NCBI GenBank assembly: GCA_038127595.1
Contig: JAYPIC010000010.1
Span: 10,196 to 43,331, forward strand
DNA length: 33,136 nt
Source: a bacterium
GTDB lineage: Bacteria > Fidelibacterota > Marinisomatia > Marinisomatales > UBA1611
Direction of reading: 5' to 3'
In this document: one piece after another, positions 1-11,673 of the stretch
How positions within the stretch are numbered: the first letter of the stretch is position 1
Layout of the letters: each line of letters starts with the position of its first letter
The notes under the pieces: model-generated
What the model was told of the DNA's origin: nothing
Seen by the model: only the letters and a program-made list of their open reading frames with translations
The model's database searches: none
Position numbers and translations under genes: made by a program

Positions 1-1707
1 GCGATGAGCATCGCTAATTTCATCAACAACTGCATTATATTTTTCTCTTTTTGTTTTATAAACAAGGTCATCGCGATCATCTCTCAATATTCCGCGATGC
101 GTAGGTATAACCACAACGTCTAAGCCATAAATGGAACCAAGCTCCTCTGCCTCAGTTTCTGCCGTTCCAGTCATGCCTGAAATTTTATCATAAAGTCTAA
201 AATAATTCTGAATTGTAATTGTTGCCAGTGTTTGCGTCTCTCTCTCGATCTTTACGCTCTCTTTAGCCTCTAAAGCTTGGTGAAGTCCATCAGAGTACCT
301 CCTCCCAGCCAAAATTCTACCTGTAAATTCATCAACAATTAAAACTTTGCCACCTTGAACAACATATTCAACATCTTTTTCATACATTGTATATGCTCTA
401 AGTAGTTGGTTAAAATTATGAATCTGCCCACTTCTCTCAGCATGAAATTGATGTGCCTTCTCTCTTTCAAGATCAACAGTGCTACTATCTAGATCTTTTT
501 TTTCATCAATTTCTAAAAGCAATTCTCCTAAATCGGGAATAACAAAAGTCTCTGGATCATCCGGTGCTAGAATATTTCTTCCTTTTTCTGTAATGTCAAT
601 TACATGCGATTTCTCGTCAATTGAGAAATAAAGATCATCATCTACCTCATGTAGTTTTTTATCTCTAATGTATTCTGATTCTGTAGCCTGTGAAAGCTTT
701 AGAGTGCCTGGCTCTTGAAATATTTTCATCACTTGAGGATGTTTGGGTAAACCTCTTTTAGCTTGAAGTAATTTTAGACCTGCTTTTTCATCATCCTTAC
801 CTACTGACTCTTTCACTTCTTTAATGAGATCTGATACAAGAATATTTTGTTTTCTTACTAAATTTTGAACACCAGGTTTTAATTTCACAAATGTTTTATC
901 CACTGGCGCGTCTACAGCACCTGAAATAATTAACGGAGTTCTAGCTTCATCAATTAAAACACTATCAACCTCATCAACAACCGCAAAAGCATGATCTCTT
1001 TGACATAACTCATCTGGATGGAGAGCCATATTATCTCGAAGATAATCAAAACCAAATTCATTATTTGTACCATATGTAATATCACATGCATACATTTCTC
1101 GACGCTTGACGTTATCCATTGAGTTCAGAATAAATCCTACACTAAGTCCTAAGCGTCTATAAACTTCACCCATCCATTCAGCATCTCTTTGAGCAAGATA
1201 GTCATTAACCGTTATTACATGAACACCTCGACCAGTAAGAGCATTTAAATAAATTGGCATAGTAGCTACGAGGGTTTTACCTTCACCAGTCTTCATTTCA
1301 GATACCTTGCCATTATGCAAAACAATTGCTCCTAATAGTTGGACATCATATGGTATCATATTCCACTCAGCGCTCTGTCCAGAAACACGAAAACTTTGCC
1401 CGACCATTCTACGACAAGTTTCCTTTACCATTGCGAAAGCCTCAACCATGATACTATCTAATGCTTTTTGCTCGGCTTCTAATATTTTTTTCTTTAAATC
1501 TTTACTATCAACATCATTTTTAAATTGAGATTTAATATCCTCTCTTGAATCAGAAATAATTTTTTTTAGTTCATTTGTGCGGTCTACTAGATCCTGATCG
1601 GATTTAGAACTAAGACCATCATAAAAATCATTAATTTTTTGAATTTCCGGGGAGATCTTTTTTATGTATCTTGTTGAGCTAGTTCCAAATAACTTTTTTA
1701 AAAACAT
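1..1707 (-). CDS. secA: Preprotein translocase ATPase SecA (N-terminal 569 codons; runs off the window edge)
   Basis: Absent from the ORF track. Manual translation from ATG at 1707 gives MFLKKLFGTSSTRYIKK...PYDVQLLGAIVLHNGKVSEMKTGEGKTLVATMPIYLNALTGRGVHVITVNDYLAQRDAEWMG, and the same frame still reads as SecA at base 1 (YKTKREKYNAVVDEI). Confidence 0.98.
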   Translation of the reverse strand, partial: MFLKKLFGTSSTRYIKKISPEIQKINDFYDGLSSKSDQDLVDRTNELKKIISDSREDIKSQFKNDVDSKDLKKKILEAEQKALDSIMVEAFAMVKETCRRMVGQSFRVSGQSAEWNMIPYDVQLLGAIVLHNGKVSEMKTGEGKTLVATMPIYLNALTGRGVHVITVNDYLAQRDAEWMGEVYRRLGLSVGFILNSMDNVKRREMYACDITYGTNNEFGFDYLRDNMALHPDELCQRDHAFAVVDEVDSVLIDEARTPLIISGAVDAPVDKTFVKLKPGVQNLVRKQNILVSDLIKEVKESVGKDDEKAGLKLLQAKRGLPKHPQVMKIFQEPGTLKLSQATESEYIRDKKLHEVDDDLYFSIDEKSHVIDITEKGRNILAPDDPETFVIPDLGELLLEIDEKKDLDSSTVDLEREKAHQFHAERSGQIHNFNQLLRAYTMYEKDVEYVVQGGKVLIVDEFTGRILAGRRYSDGLHQALEAKESVKIERETQTLATITIQNYFRLYDKISGMTGTAETEAEELGSIYGLDVVVIPTHRGILRDDRDDLVYKTKREKYNAVVDEISDAHR

Positions 1708-2136
1708 TTAATTTTTCTCACTATAATTTTTATATATTGTATCAAGTATCCCATTGACAAAGCTTGAGCTTTCTTCAGTGCTATAAACTTTGGCTATTTC
1801 AACCATCTCACTAATTGAAACTTTTGGAGGCACATCATCTATATGATATATTTCACTTACTCCCATCCTCAATAATATTTTATCTAAAATTGCAACCCTG
1901 CCATACTCCCAATTTTCAAGACATTGGGAAATTAGATCATCTGCCCATGATTGTTTTTCAACAACACAATTGAACAATTCTCTCGTATATATATCATTCT
2001 CAGAATTATTAAAAGAATCATTACAAAGTGCGAGCACATCTTGTGGAAATCCATTATTAATTTCCAAAGCATATAATGCTTGCATTGTTGCCTCTCTAGC
2101 TTTTCTCCTAGGATGCGTTGTAATATTTTCTTCCAT
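1708..2136 (-). CDS. nusB: Transcription antitermination factor NusB
   Basis: Motifs RRKAREATMQALY, LDKILLRMG, PPKVSISEMVEIAK and FVNGILD. Start moved to ATG 2136, just past the ilvE stop. Confidence 0.95.
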   Translation of the reverse strand: MEENITTHPRRKAREATMQALYALEINNGFPQDVLALCNDSFNNSENDIYTRELFNCVVEKQSWADDLISQCLENWEYGRVAILDKILLRMGVSEIYHIDDVPPKVSISEMVEIAKVYSTEESSSFVNGILDTIYKNYSEKN

Positions 2137-2138
2137 AA

Positions 2139-3164
2139 TTATCTTCCCAAAGGTATGACCCATCCAAAAGGGTCTTCAATGTTTTCATATTGAATGTCAA
2201 TTATTCTTTCTCTTATTTTTCTAGTCATTGACTCTTTAAAACTAGTTTTAAGTCTAGTCTCATTGTTCTTATAAACTATTCTCCCTACAGGAGCAATGAC
2301 AGCAGCAGTTCCTGTAAAAAAAACTTCGTCCGCGTTCATTAATTCGTCCAAAGAAACATCTTCCTCTTGCACATCTAAATTAAATATTTTACTAGCCACT
2401 TTAATAACAGAATCTCTCGTTATACCTGGCAAAATTGATCCCTGAAGCATAGGCGTTTTCAACACATTTCCTTTCAATACAAATATATTAGCAGACCTAG
2501 CTTCATCAATAATATTTTCATTAGAGGCATTTAAAAATATGATTTCATCATACCCATCCTCTACAATTTCTTTGTATGGAAGTAAAGTTCCAGCATAGTT
2601 ACCAACAGCTTTAGCAAAACCTATGCTCTTGGTAGCAACCCTGTGATATTTATCTGTCACAATTGTATTTAAACTTTTGAGCCCAGATTTGAAATATGAT
2701 CCAACAGGCGTTACATAAATCAAAAAAGTATAAAAATCAGATGCTTTTACTCCGAGCATAGGACCTTCACCATATGCAATAGGCCTCACATAAAGACTTC
2801 CTTGATCTTTTGAAGGCAAGAAATCCAGGTTGTCATTAACTACATCTTTAACAGCATCAGAAAATAGATTTTTTGGTAGAACAGGAATACACATTCGTTT
2901 AGAAGATATAGAAAATCTTTTTTCATTCTCTTCAAGCCTAAAACAGACTACCCTACCTTTTGAGGTTTTATATGCTTTTGTGCCTTCAAAAATACCCTGC
3001 CCATAATTTAAAATAGTTGATGCCGGTGAAAGAGTAACATCGCCATATGGAATTAAGCCTTCAACCTGCCAACCAATGGTAGGTGCATAATAGGCCTTAA
3101 ACATGCTTTTTGTTTTGTAAGCATTAAAACCTAGATTATCCCAATCTATATTTTTTTCAATCAT
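2139..3164 (-). CDS. ilvE: Branched-chain amino acid aminotransferase (PLP fold IV)
   Basis: LNYGQGIFEGTKAY, SLYVRP, AKAVGNY (PLP lysine), ILPGITRDS and EVFFTGTAAVIAPV. Confidence 0.95.
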   Translation of the reverse strand: MIEKNIDWDNLGFNAYKTKSMFKAYYAPTIGWQVEGLIPYGDVTLSPASTILNYGQGIFEGTKAYKTSKGRVVCFRLEENEKRFSISSKRMCIPVLPKNLFSDAVKDVVNDNLDFLPSKDQGSLYVRPIAYGEGPMLGVKASDFYTFLIYVTPVGSYFKSGLKSLNTIVTDKYHRVATKSIGFAKAVGNYAGTLLPYKEIVEDGYDEIIFLNASNENIIDEARSANIFVLKGNVLKTPMLQGSILPGITRDSVIKVASKIFNLDVQEEDVSLDELMNADEVFFTGTAAVIAPVGRIVYKNNETRLKTSFKESMTRKIRERIIDIQYENIEDPFGWVIPLGR

Positions 3165-4315
3165 TATATTCTTTCAACAATCATTGCTGATGCTTCTCCA
3201 CCGCCAATACATAAAGTTGCAAGTCCAAATTGTTTATCTGATAATTTCAAAACATTCAAAAGTGTTGTCAAAATTCTTGCTCCTGATGCACCGATTGGAT
3301 GTCCAAGTGCTACAGCTCCGCCATAGATATTAACCTTTGTTTCATCAAGGTTAAAATCTTCAATTGCTGCCATCGCTACAGCAGCAAAAGCTTCGTTTAT
3401 TTCCCATATATCAATGTCTTTTTTTGACAGACCAGATATATTGAGTACTTTTTCAATCGCTTTACTTGGAGCTGTGGTAAACCACTTTGGTTCATGAGCA
3501 AAAGAGCAATGGGCAATTATTTTAGCAATGGGCTTTATATTATATTTTTTTACTTTCTCCTCTGATGCCAATAGTAATGCAGCAGCACCATCATTTAATT
3601 TTGATGCATTCGCTGCGGTTATGGTACCATTTTTTTCAAATGCAGGTTTTATTAATGGTATTTTTTCAAACTTTGCTCTTCCTGGTTCTTCATCATTAAT
3701 CATCATGCCGTCATCATTAACACTAATTATTTCATTAGAAAAAAGTCCTTCATTAATCGCATTTTGAGCTTTTTTATATGATTTAACAGCGTATTCATCC
3801 TGAAGTTCACGGGAGTATTTTCTTTCAGATGCTAATAATTCAGCACAGCTGCCCATATGCATTTCATTGTATGCATCCCACAGTCCATCGTGAATCATAC
3901 TATCGATCATTTTCCCATGTCCAATTTTACTTAGATTTTTATTTACTAAAAGAGGAGCATTAGACATGCTTTCCATTCCTCCAGCTAAAATAATATCAGC
4001 AGCGCCAGATTTAATTTCATTATCGGCAATCATAACTGCCTTTAATCCAGAACCACACATTTTATTTATAGTTAAGCACTCAGTGCTTACGTTCAACCCA
4101 CCTAAAATAGCAGCTTGCCTTGCTGGGGCTTGACCTAAACCCGCAGAAAGCACATTGCCCATAATTACTTGATCGTAACTGTTTAAATCAAGATTTATAT
4201 TTTCTGTTAGACTTTTAATTACCTTTGCACCTAATTCTGGAGCTCTGAAACAAGCTAATTGACCACCAAATGACCCTATAGGAGTTCTTAGCGCATTAAT
4301 AATGTAGACAGACAT
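3164..4315 (-). CDS. Acetyl-CoA C-acyltransferase (thiolase)
   Basis: RTPIGSFGG, TINKMCGSG (catalytic Cys), NEAFA, GHPIGASG and LCIGGGEA. Confidence 0.96.
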   Translation of the reverse strand: MSVYIINALRTPIGSFGGQLACFRAPELGAKVIKSLTENINLDLNSYDQVIMGNVLSAGLGQAPARQAAILGGLNVSTECLTINKMCGSGLKAVMIADNEIKSGAADIILAGGMESMSNAPLLVNKNLSKIGHGKMIDSMIHDGLWDAYNEMHMGSCAELLASERKYSRELQDEYAVKSYKKAQNAINEGLFSNEIISVNDDGMMINDEEPGRAKFEKIPLIKPAFEKNGTITAANASKLNDGAAALLLASEEKVKKYNIKPIAKIIAHCSFAHEPKWFTTAPSKAIEKVLNISGLSKKDIDIWEINEAFAAVAMAAIEDFNLDETKVNIYGGAVALGHPIGASGARILTTLLNVLKLSDKQFGLATLCIGGGEASAMIVERI

Positions 4316-5272
4316 CTAATTACCTCTCTTTTTTTCACTCGAATCATAAGCGTTAATAATTTTTTTGACAAGTGGATGTCTAACAATATCGAGATCATTG
4401 AAGTACGTGAACCCTATCCCATCAACTCCTTTAAGGATTTTCTCAGCTTGAATCAATCCAGAAAACTTATTTCCAGATAAATCTATTTGAGTGATGTCAC
4501 CATTAATAACGGCCTTGGAACCCATGCCAAGCCTAGTTAGAAACATTTTCATTTGCATTACAGTACTATTCTGAGCTTCATCTAAAATCATAAATGCATT
4601 ATCAAGCGTCCGGCCTCTCATATACGCTAAAGGAACTATTTCTATATTTTTATTCTCAATTAATACATTCAACTTATTTTTTGGCATTAGCGTATCCAAG
4701 GCATCATACAATGGCGATAAATAAGGATCCACTTTCTCCTTAAGATCACCTGGTAGAAACCCTAAACTTTCACCCGCTTCTACAGCAGGTCGACACAAAA
4801 TTATTCTATCTACTTCATTCTTTTCCAAAGAAGAAAGAGCAAAAGCCATTGATAAAAATGTTTTACCAGTTCCAGCTGGGCCAATGCCAAAGATGATATC
4901 ATTATCAATGAAATTTTTTAAATATTTAATTTGACCTTCTGTACGAGGGCCTATAACACCTTTTCGTCCATGATATATTATTTTATCTTCTTTTAGAGCG
5001 CCGTTCAAATTAACAGAATCTGTCTTTGATAATTTAATTAGACTGTTAACATCATCTACAAATAATGATCCCTTGCTTGAGAGGGTTTCTCTCATTTCTT
5101 TAAGAATGTCCCCAGCTTTCTTTATACTGGAGCTTTTACCTTTTATGGTAAGCTTTTCACCTCTAGCTGAAATGGAAACAGGAATATTTGATTCAATTAA
5201 CTTGATATGTTCATCCCCGACACCAAGCAAACCAACCAATTCAACAGATTTTAGTTCTATTATTTTTTCCAT
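4316..5272 (-). CDS. phoH: PhoH-family ATPase (YbeZ type)
   Basis: GPAGTGKT Walker A, RPAVEAGESLGFLPGD, YMRGRTL, DEAQN and GDITQIDL. Confidence 0.96.
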   Translation of the reverse strand: MEKIIELKSVELVGLLGVGDEHIKLIESNIPVSISARGEKLTIKGKSSSIKKAGDILKEMRETLSSKGSLFVDDVNSLIKLSKTDSVNLNGALKEDKIIYHGRKGVIGPRTEGQIKYLKNFIDNDIIFGIGPAGTGKTFLSMAFALSSLEKNEVDRIILCRPAVEAGESLGFLPGDLKEKVDPYLSPLYDALDTLMPKNKLNVLIENKNIEIVPLAYMRGRTLDNAFMILDEAQNSTVMQMKMFLTRLGMGSKAVINGDITQIDLSGNKFSGLIQAEKILKGVDGIGFTYFNDLDIVRHPLVKKIINAYDSSEKKRGN

Positions 5273-5340
5273 TTAGCAACAATAAAATTGTAATTTTTAC
5301 TATACGTAATTTACATACAGTTATAAACTAAAACTTAAAA

Positions 5341-6219
5341 ATGAAATCTCTCCATCTCTACTTGAAAAATATAGCTATGATCTCATTTACTATGTTAGTA
5401 ATCAACTGTACTAGCCAAAAAATTGAGCTAGAAAATGCGCAATCTCAAAATATAGAATTCCTTATTGAACAAGCGACAAATTTATGGGACAATAGAAGTG
5501 ATACAAATGCTGTTAAACAAGCAAATTATTTTTTAGGATTAGCATATAACGTTAAAAAAACAAACAATGAAATCACAGATCTTTATATTAAATGTCTTTT
5601 TTTTCAAGGTATGTTTTTAGAGGAAGATAATATTATAAAGGATAGTCTATTTTTAAAAGGATCAGAAGTAGCAAAAAATTCTGTTTTAAAGAGCGATATT
5701 TTTACAAAACTAGTACAAAATTCATCAATTGGCGATTCTACTTTTAAAATATTATCAGCATTATCTGAGGTTCCTAAAGAGCTCGTACCATCGATGTATT
5801 GGTGGGCAACAAATAAGTTATGGTACTTAAATACAAAACCTGCAATCGAGAGGATAAATCAAAGGGAACTTTTAGAAGTAATAATGCATAGAGTGATATC
5901 TCTAGAACCAAACTATGATTATGGAGGTGCTTACAGATTTTTTGGCGTTTTTTACAGCAGGATACCTGGCGTTGAATTAAATCAGTCAAAAACATATTTT
6001 GAAAAGGCTATCTCAACTAATGAAGCTTATTTTGGTAACCAAGTCCAAATGTCCGAATTTTATTACCAAAAATCTGAAGATAAGACATCTTTTATCGAGC
6101 AACTTGAATATGTAAATAGCTTAGATGTTTCAATAGGCAGCAGCAATATACCTGAAAACTCATACTATCAAAAAAGAGCAAATAAGCTACTTTTGCAACA
6201 AGACACCTTATTTGAATAG
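5341..6219 (+). CDS. TPR-like lipoprotein resembling the TRAP-associated TatT (T-component) family
   Basis: Lipobox-like LVINC, helical repeats, and the C-terminal pattern LEPNYDYGGAYRFFGVFYSRIPG...SKTYFEKAI that recalls TatT proteins. Confidence 0.6.
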   Translation: MKSLHLYLKNIAMISFTMLVINCTSQKIELENAQSQNIEFLIEQATNLWDNRSDTNAVKQANYFLGLAYNVKKTNNEITDLYIKCLFFQGMFLEEDNIIKDSLFLKGSEVAKNSVLKSDIFTKLVQNSSIGDSTFKILSALSEVPKELVPSMYWWATNKLWYLNTKPAIERINQRELLEVIMHRVISLEPNYDYGGAYRFFGVFYSRIPGVELNQSKTYFEKAISTNEAYFGNQVQMSEFYYQKSEDKTSFIEQLEYVNSLDVSIGSSNIPENSYYQKRANKLLLQQDTLFE

Positions 6220-6221
6220 CT

Positions 6222-6554
6222 ATGAAAAGAAAAATGATTAAACAAATTTTTCCACTGATATTTTTATCAATTTTTTTTCTGAGTTTATCTTTTGGCCAGC
6301 ATGAAAATCATCTGCATCGAGCCATATCTGCAATGGAAATAGGTTTATTTGATGAATCATTAAAACAACTAAATAAAGCATCAAAAACAGATCCCACTAA
6401 TGCACAAATATATAAATTAAAAGCTCTTTTATACGAAGCGCTTAATGACAGAGAAAACGCAATTATTTCATGGAATAAATGTATTAAGTATTCCAAAGAT
6501 AAAAACATGACTATTGAAGCTAAGATACATCTAGACTATTTAAATGAATTTTAA
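6222..6554 (+). CDS. Small secreted tetratricopeptide-repeat protein
   Basis: N-terminal signal peptide followed by the TPR pattern KASKTDPTNAQIYKLKALLYEALNDRENAIISWNKCI. Confidence 0.75.
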   Translation: MKRKMIKQIFPLIFLSIFFLSLSFGQHENHLHRAISAMEIGLFDESLKQLNKASKTDPTNAQIYKLKALLYEALNDRENAIISWNKCIKYSKDKNMTIEAKIHLDYLNEF

Positions 6555-7185
6555 TTTATATAAAAGCGGGTTACCCCTATTTACTTTTATTTTAATTTGT
6601 AGCAGCTGCACTAATTCACCCGCAATTAATGATAAATATGATTTTAATTCTGCAAAATCTATAAAAATTGATAAAATTTCTGACTACCTGAACTTTCCTG
6701 GTTCTGGTAAAATAATGGAAGATAATTTATCTTTTATATTTATGAAAAATTTATTTAACGTTTCTCAGACAAGTAATAATGGTACAGTAATTAGTCTGAA
6801 TGAGCAGGGTATAAACACTCTGAAATTATCTTGCACTTTGACAGAATATACAGATAGGGAAACGATTTTGATTCCATATCGCGTTGAGGATAAGGGGTCT
6901 ATTGAAACAGTCATAACTCAAACTACAGATCCTGGAAAAGGTACAACTAATTCTATCACTACAACCTCAACCACTACAACTAATGATGGCGGTTCAATTC
7001 AGGAGACTGGAAAGCTTGAATACACCCAAGCTAGGGTCGGAATAATATTAAAAGTTAAAGATGAAAAAACAGGTCTTATAGTGTGGACACATTCTTACTG
7101 GTACAGCGGTATTGAATTATCTAGCACAGCTCAGATATGTGCAAAAAACTCCGTAAGACTAATAAAAAAATTATTTAATACTTAA
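6544..7185 (+). CDS. Hypothetical lipoprotein with Thr-rich insertion (possibly CsgG/LpoB-like alpha/beta fold)
   Basis: Lipobox LICSSC, C-terminal ARVGIILKVKDEKTGLIVW pattern, and overlap with the upstream TPR gene. Confidence 0.6.
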   Translation: MNFNLYKSGLPLFTFILICSSCTNSPAINDKYDFNSAKSIKIDKISDYLNFPGSGKIMEDNLSFIFMKNLFNVSQTSNNGTVISLNEQGINTLKLSCTLTEYTDRETILIPYRVEDKGSIETVITQTTDPGKGTTNSITTTSTTTTNDGGSIQETGKLEYTQARVGIILKVKDEKTGLIVWTHSYWYSGIELSSTAQICAKNSVRLIKKLFNT

Positions 7186-8933
7186 TTATCTTCTATTTTC
7201 AATCCAAGGTCTTTAAGCTGATTTGAATCTACTTGACTTGGACTTTCGTCCATTAGGGAGGTTGCAGAAGTAGTTTTTGGAAATGCTATGACGTCTCTAA
7301 TATTATCTGTCCCTGCCAGCAACATTACTAATCTATCAAATCCAAAAGCAATTCCACCATGAGGCGGGGCTCCATATCGTAAAGCCTCAACTAAAAACCC
7401 AAATTTCTCAACAGCTTCTTTTTGTGATAACCCTAGTAAAGAGAAAACTTTTTCTTGAATTTCAGGAGAATGAATACGAATTGAACCCCCAGCTATTTCA
7501 TGTCCATTCATAGTTAAATCATATCCCCTACTTAAAGCAGAACTAGGATCTTTATCAAGTTTATTTACGTCAGAATCTCTAGGTGCAGTGAAGGGGTGAT
7601 GCATAGCTACATAACGGTCATCATTTGCGTCATAATCAAACATCGGAAATTCTGTAACCCATAGTGGCTTAAAATCATCTTCATCGTACAATTCTTCCAT
7701 ATTGGCTACAATAGTACGAAGTTTACCAAGCACTTTTAAAACAATATTTTTCTCGTCTCCAATAATTAACAATAAATCATCATTTTTGATTTGAAGGTTT
7801 TTTATTATTTCACTCTGCAAATCATTCACAAAAAATTTTGAAATACCACCACTAAGAATTCCATCATGCAACTTCATCCAAGCTAACCCTTTTGCGCCGT
7901 TCTTTTTGGCATCCTCTGTTAGTCGTTCAATAATTTTCCTGGAAAATTTTGCTCCTTCAGGAACTATAATTGCTTTGACACTATCGACATCACTAAAAGC
8001 ATTAAAATCTGATTTATCAGAGAACGGTTTAAAATTAATTAACTCCATACCGTATCTAATGTCTGGCTTATCTGAACCATACCTTTCCATAGCATCATTA
8101 TAGGTTATTCTAGGAAAAGGATTAGGTAGGTCTAAATTTTGTACTGATTTAAATACATGCCTGGTAAGATTTTCCATGAATGCAAATATTATTTCTTCGT
8201 CAATGAAAGACATCTCTATATCAATTTGAGTAAACTCAGGCTGTCTATCTGCTCTTAAATCTTCATCTCGAAAACATTTAACAATTTGAAAATAACGATC
8301 GTAACCTGATATCATTAAAATCTGTTTATAAATTTGTGGAGATTGAGGTAAAGCATAAAATTTCCCTTTATGAATCCTACTTGGAACCAAGAAATCTCTA
8401 GCACCCTCAGGTGTAGACTTCATTAAAATTGGTGTTTCAACTTCTAAAAAGTCGTTATCCGATAAATATCTTCTTACGGCTTGATATGTCTTGTGTCTTA
8501 TAATTAGATTTTTTTGGAGCTCTTCGAATCTAAGTTCCAAATAGCGATACTTTAACCTTAATGGTTCTTCGGAGCTATCTCTATCTTTTAAAACAAAAGG
8601 AAGTGTTGCAGATTTATTTAACAAAGAGAATTCAACAACTACTACTTCAATTGCCCCAGTTCTCATTTTTGGGTTGATCGCAGCTTCATCTCTACTTTTT
8701 ACAACTCCTTTAATAGAGATAACATCTTCAAAAGATAATTTTTTTATTGTATCAAAATCATCAAGGAACTGATTCTGATCAAAAACTATTTGAGTTTTGC
8801 CATACCTATCACGCAAATCAACAAAAACAACTTTGCCATGCAATCTAGCTGTATTTACCCAACCATTTAAATTTACTTCTTTACCAATAAGAGACTCATT
8901 TAAATCTCCGCAGGTGTGTGTTCTATTATACAT
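7182..8933 (-). CDS. aspS: Aspartate--tRNA ligase
   Basis: RTHTCG, FVDLRDRYG, TPEGARDFLVPSR, LPQSPQ, CFRDEDLRADRQPEFTQID, HHPFT and GAPPHGG. Confidence 0.99.
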   Translation of the reverse strand: MYNRTHTCGDLNESLIGKEVNLNGWVNTARLHGKVVFVDLRDRYGKTQIVFDQNQFLDDFDTIKKLSFEDVISIKGVVKSRDEAAINPKMRTGAIEVVVVEFSLLNKSATLPFVLKDRDSSEEPLRLKYRYLELRFEELQKNLIIRHKTYQAVRRYLSDNDFLEVETPILMKSTPEGARDFLVPSRIHKGKFYALPQSPQIYKQILMISGYDRYFQIVKCFRDEDLRADRQPEFTQIDIEMSFIDEEIIFAFMENLTRHVFKSVQNLDLPNPFPRITYNDAMERYGSDKPDIRYGMELINFKPFSDKSDFNAFSDVDSVKAIIVPEGAKFSRKIIERLTEDAKKNGAKGLAWMKLHDGILSGGISKFFVNDLQSEIIKNLQIKNDDLLLIIGDEKNIVLKVLGKLRTIVANMEELYDEDDFKPLWVTEFPMFDYDANDDRYVAMHHPFTAPRDSDVNKLDKDPSSALSRGYDLTMNGHEIAGGSIRIHSPEIQEKVFSLLGLSQKEAVEKFGFLVEALRYGAPPHGGIAFGFDRLVMLLAGTDNIRDVIAFPKTTSATSLMDESPSQVDSNQLKDLGLKIEDN

Positions 8934-8952
8934 TAATTTAATATAGGTAAGA

Positions 8953-8987
8953 AAAGAAGTGACTTAGAAATAAAAAGTGACTTCTTT
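8953..8987 (-). terminator. Hairpin downstream of atpC; probable atp operon terminator
   Basis: AAAGAAGTGACTT-N9-AAGTGACTTCTTT is a 13-bp inverted repeat with one mismatch, followed by a T-rich tail on the minus strand. Confidence 0.5.
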
Positions 8988-9002
8988 GACAATTTAAAAA
9001 TG

Positions 9003-9400
9003 TTATTTTTTTGAAACTTTCAAACGATTTAATGCTCGAGACAAAGAAGCTTCAAGTCGAGTAGTATCTACGTTATCATCTATATTTTTCTTTCGAGCCT
9101 TTGCTCTCTCCAGTGCCTCTGTCGCTCTCTTAACATCAATCTCATTTGATTTTTCAATAGATTCTAATAGAAGTTCAACTTTGTCCTCTGTTATTTCCGC
9201 AAAACCGCCACTCGTTGCAAACCAAGATGTGCCATTATTTGTTTCAATTTTAACTTCACCTGTCTCTAATGCAAAAACACCATTTCTGTGCTTGTGCATA
9301 ACTCCAAAGGATCCATCAACTCCAGGACATCTTAGGTATTTAACACTTTCCTCGTTAATTACTTTTATCGGCGTAACAATTTCTAAAGAAAATGTTTTCA

Positions 9401-9401
<1 letters not shown>
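9003..9401 (-). CDS. atpC: F1F0 ATP synthase epsilon subunit
   Basis: LEIVTP, PGVDGSFGVMHKH, SGGFAEI and EIDVKRA. GTG start overlaps the atpD stop. Confidence 0.96.
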
Positions 9402-10798
<1,397 letters not shown>

Positions 10799-10818
10799 AA
10801 TTATTTCCTTATATATAC

Positions 10819-11673
10819 CTAATCATTCAAAGCTTCAGCACCACTAACAATTTCTAACATTTCTGTAGTTATTGCAGCTTGCCTAGCTTTATTAAATTCT
10901 AATGTTAAACTTTTAATCATATCTCCTGCGTTCGATGTAGCATTTTCCATCGCCATCATCCTTGCTGCCTGCTCACTTGCATAAGATTCAAGTAAGTATT
11001 TCCAAACCTGAATGTTCAAGTGCCTTGGTATCAGAGAATGCACCAAGTCTTTTTTTGACGGCTCGTATAACCTATCTAGAGAATCTGACTCTTGCTCTTC
11101 ATAAACGAGTGGGAGCAATACTTCCGATCTAACTTCTTGCTGAGCCATGTTCACAAAATAGTTATACACTACATGAATTTCATCTACTTTACCGTTGGTA
11201 AAGTGATCAATTACACTTCTTCCAATCATCATTGCGTTGTCGTAGTCTAGTTCACTCCAGAAATCGATATGACTTTCAATGATATTATAGTTTCTTTTTT
11301 TAAAATGATCCCGAGCTTTTTTACCAATACAAAACAGATCGACATTTTCTTTACCAAACTCAGCAATTTCCTTTTCTGCAATCTTTAGAATGTTTGAATT
11401 AAAAGCACCAGCTAAACCTCTATCAGCACTAACAACAACATATGCTTTTCGCTTAATCTCTCTTATTTGTAATAAATCAAGGTCTACTCTGTCAATATCT
11501 GGTAGTATATGGTGAATAACCTCCTCAAGAGCAGATGTGTATGGTCTAGCTTGTTCCATTTTTTCTTGAGCTTTGCGTACTTTTGCAGCCGAAACCATTT
11601 TCATAGCACTAGTCACTTTTTGAATACTCTTGACAGACTTGATTCTGTCTCTAATATCTTTTAGACTAGCCAC
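10819..11673 (-). CDS. atpG: ATP synthase gamma subunit
   Basis: [38 protein letters not shown] and [16 protein letters not shown]. Confidence 0.98.
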   Translation of the reverse strand: MASLKDIRDRIKSVKSIQKVTSAMKMVSAAKVRKAQEKMEQARPYTSALEEVIHHILPDIDRVDLDLLQIREIKRKAYVVVSADRGLAGAFNSNILKIAEKEIAEFGKENVDLFCIGKKARDHFKKRNYNIIESHIDFWSELDYDNAMMIGRSVIDHFTNGKVDEIHVVYNYFVNMAQQEVRSEVLLPLVYEEQESDSLDRLYEPSKKDLVHSLIPRHLNIQVWKYLLESYASEQAARMMAMENATSNAGDMIKSLTLEFNKARQAAITTEMLEIVSGAEALND

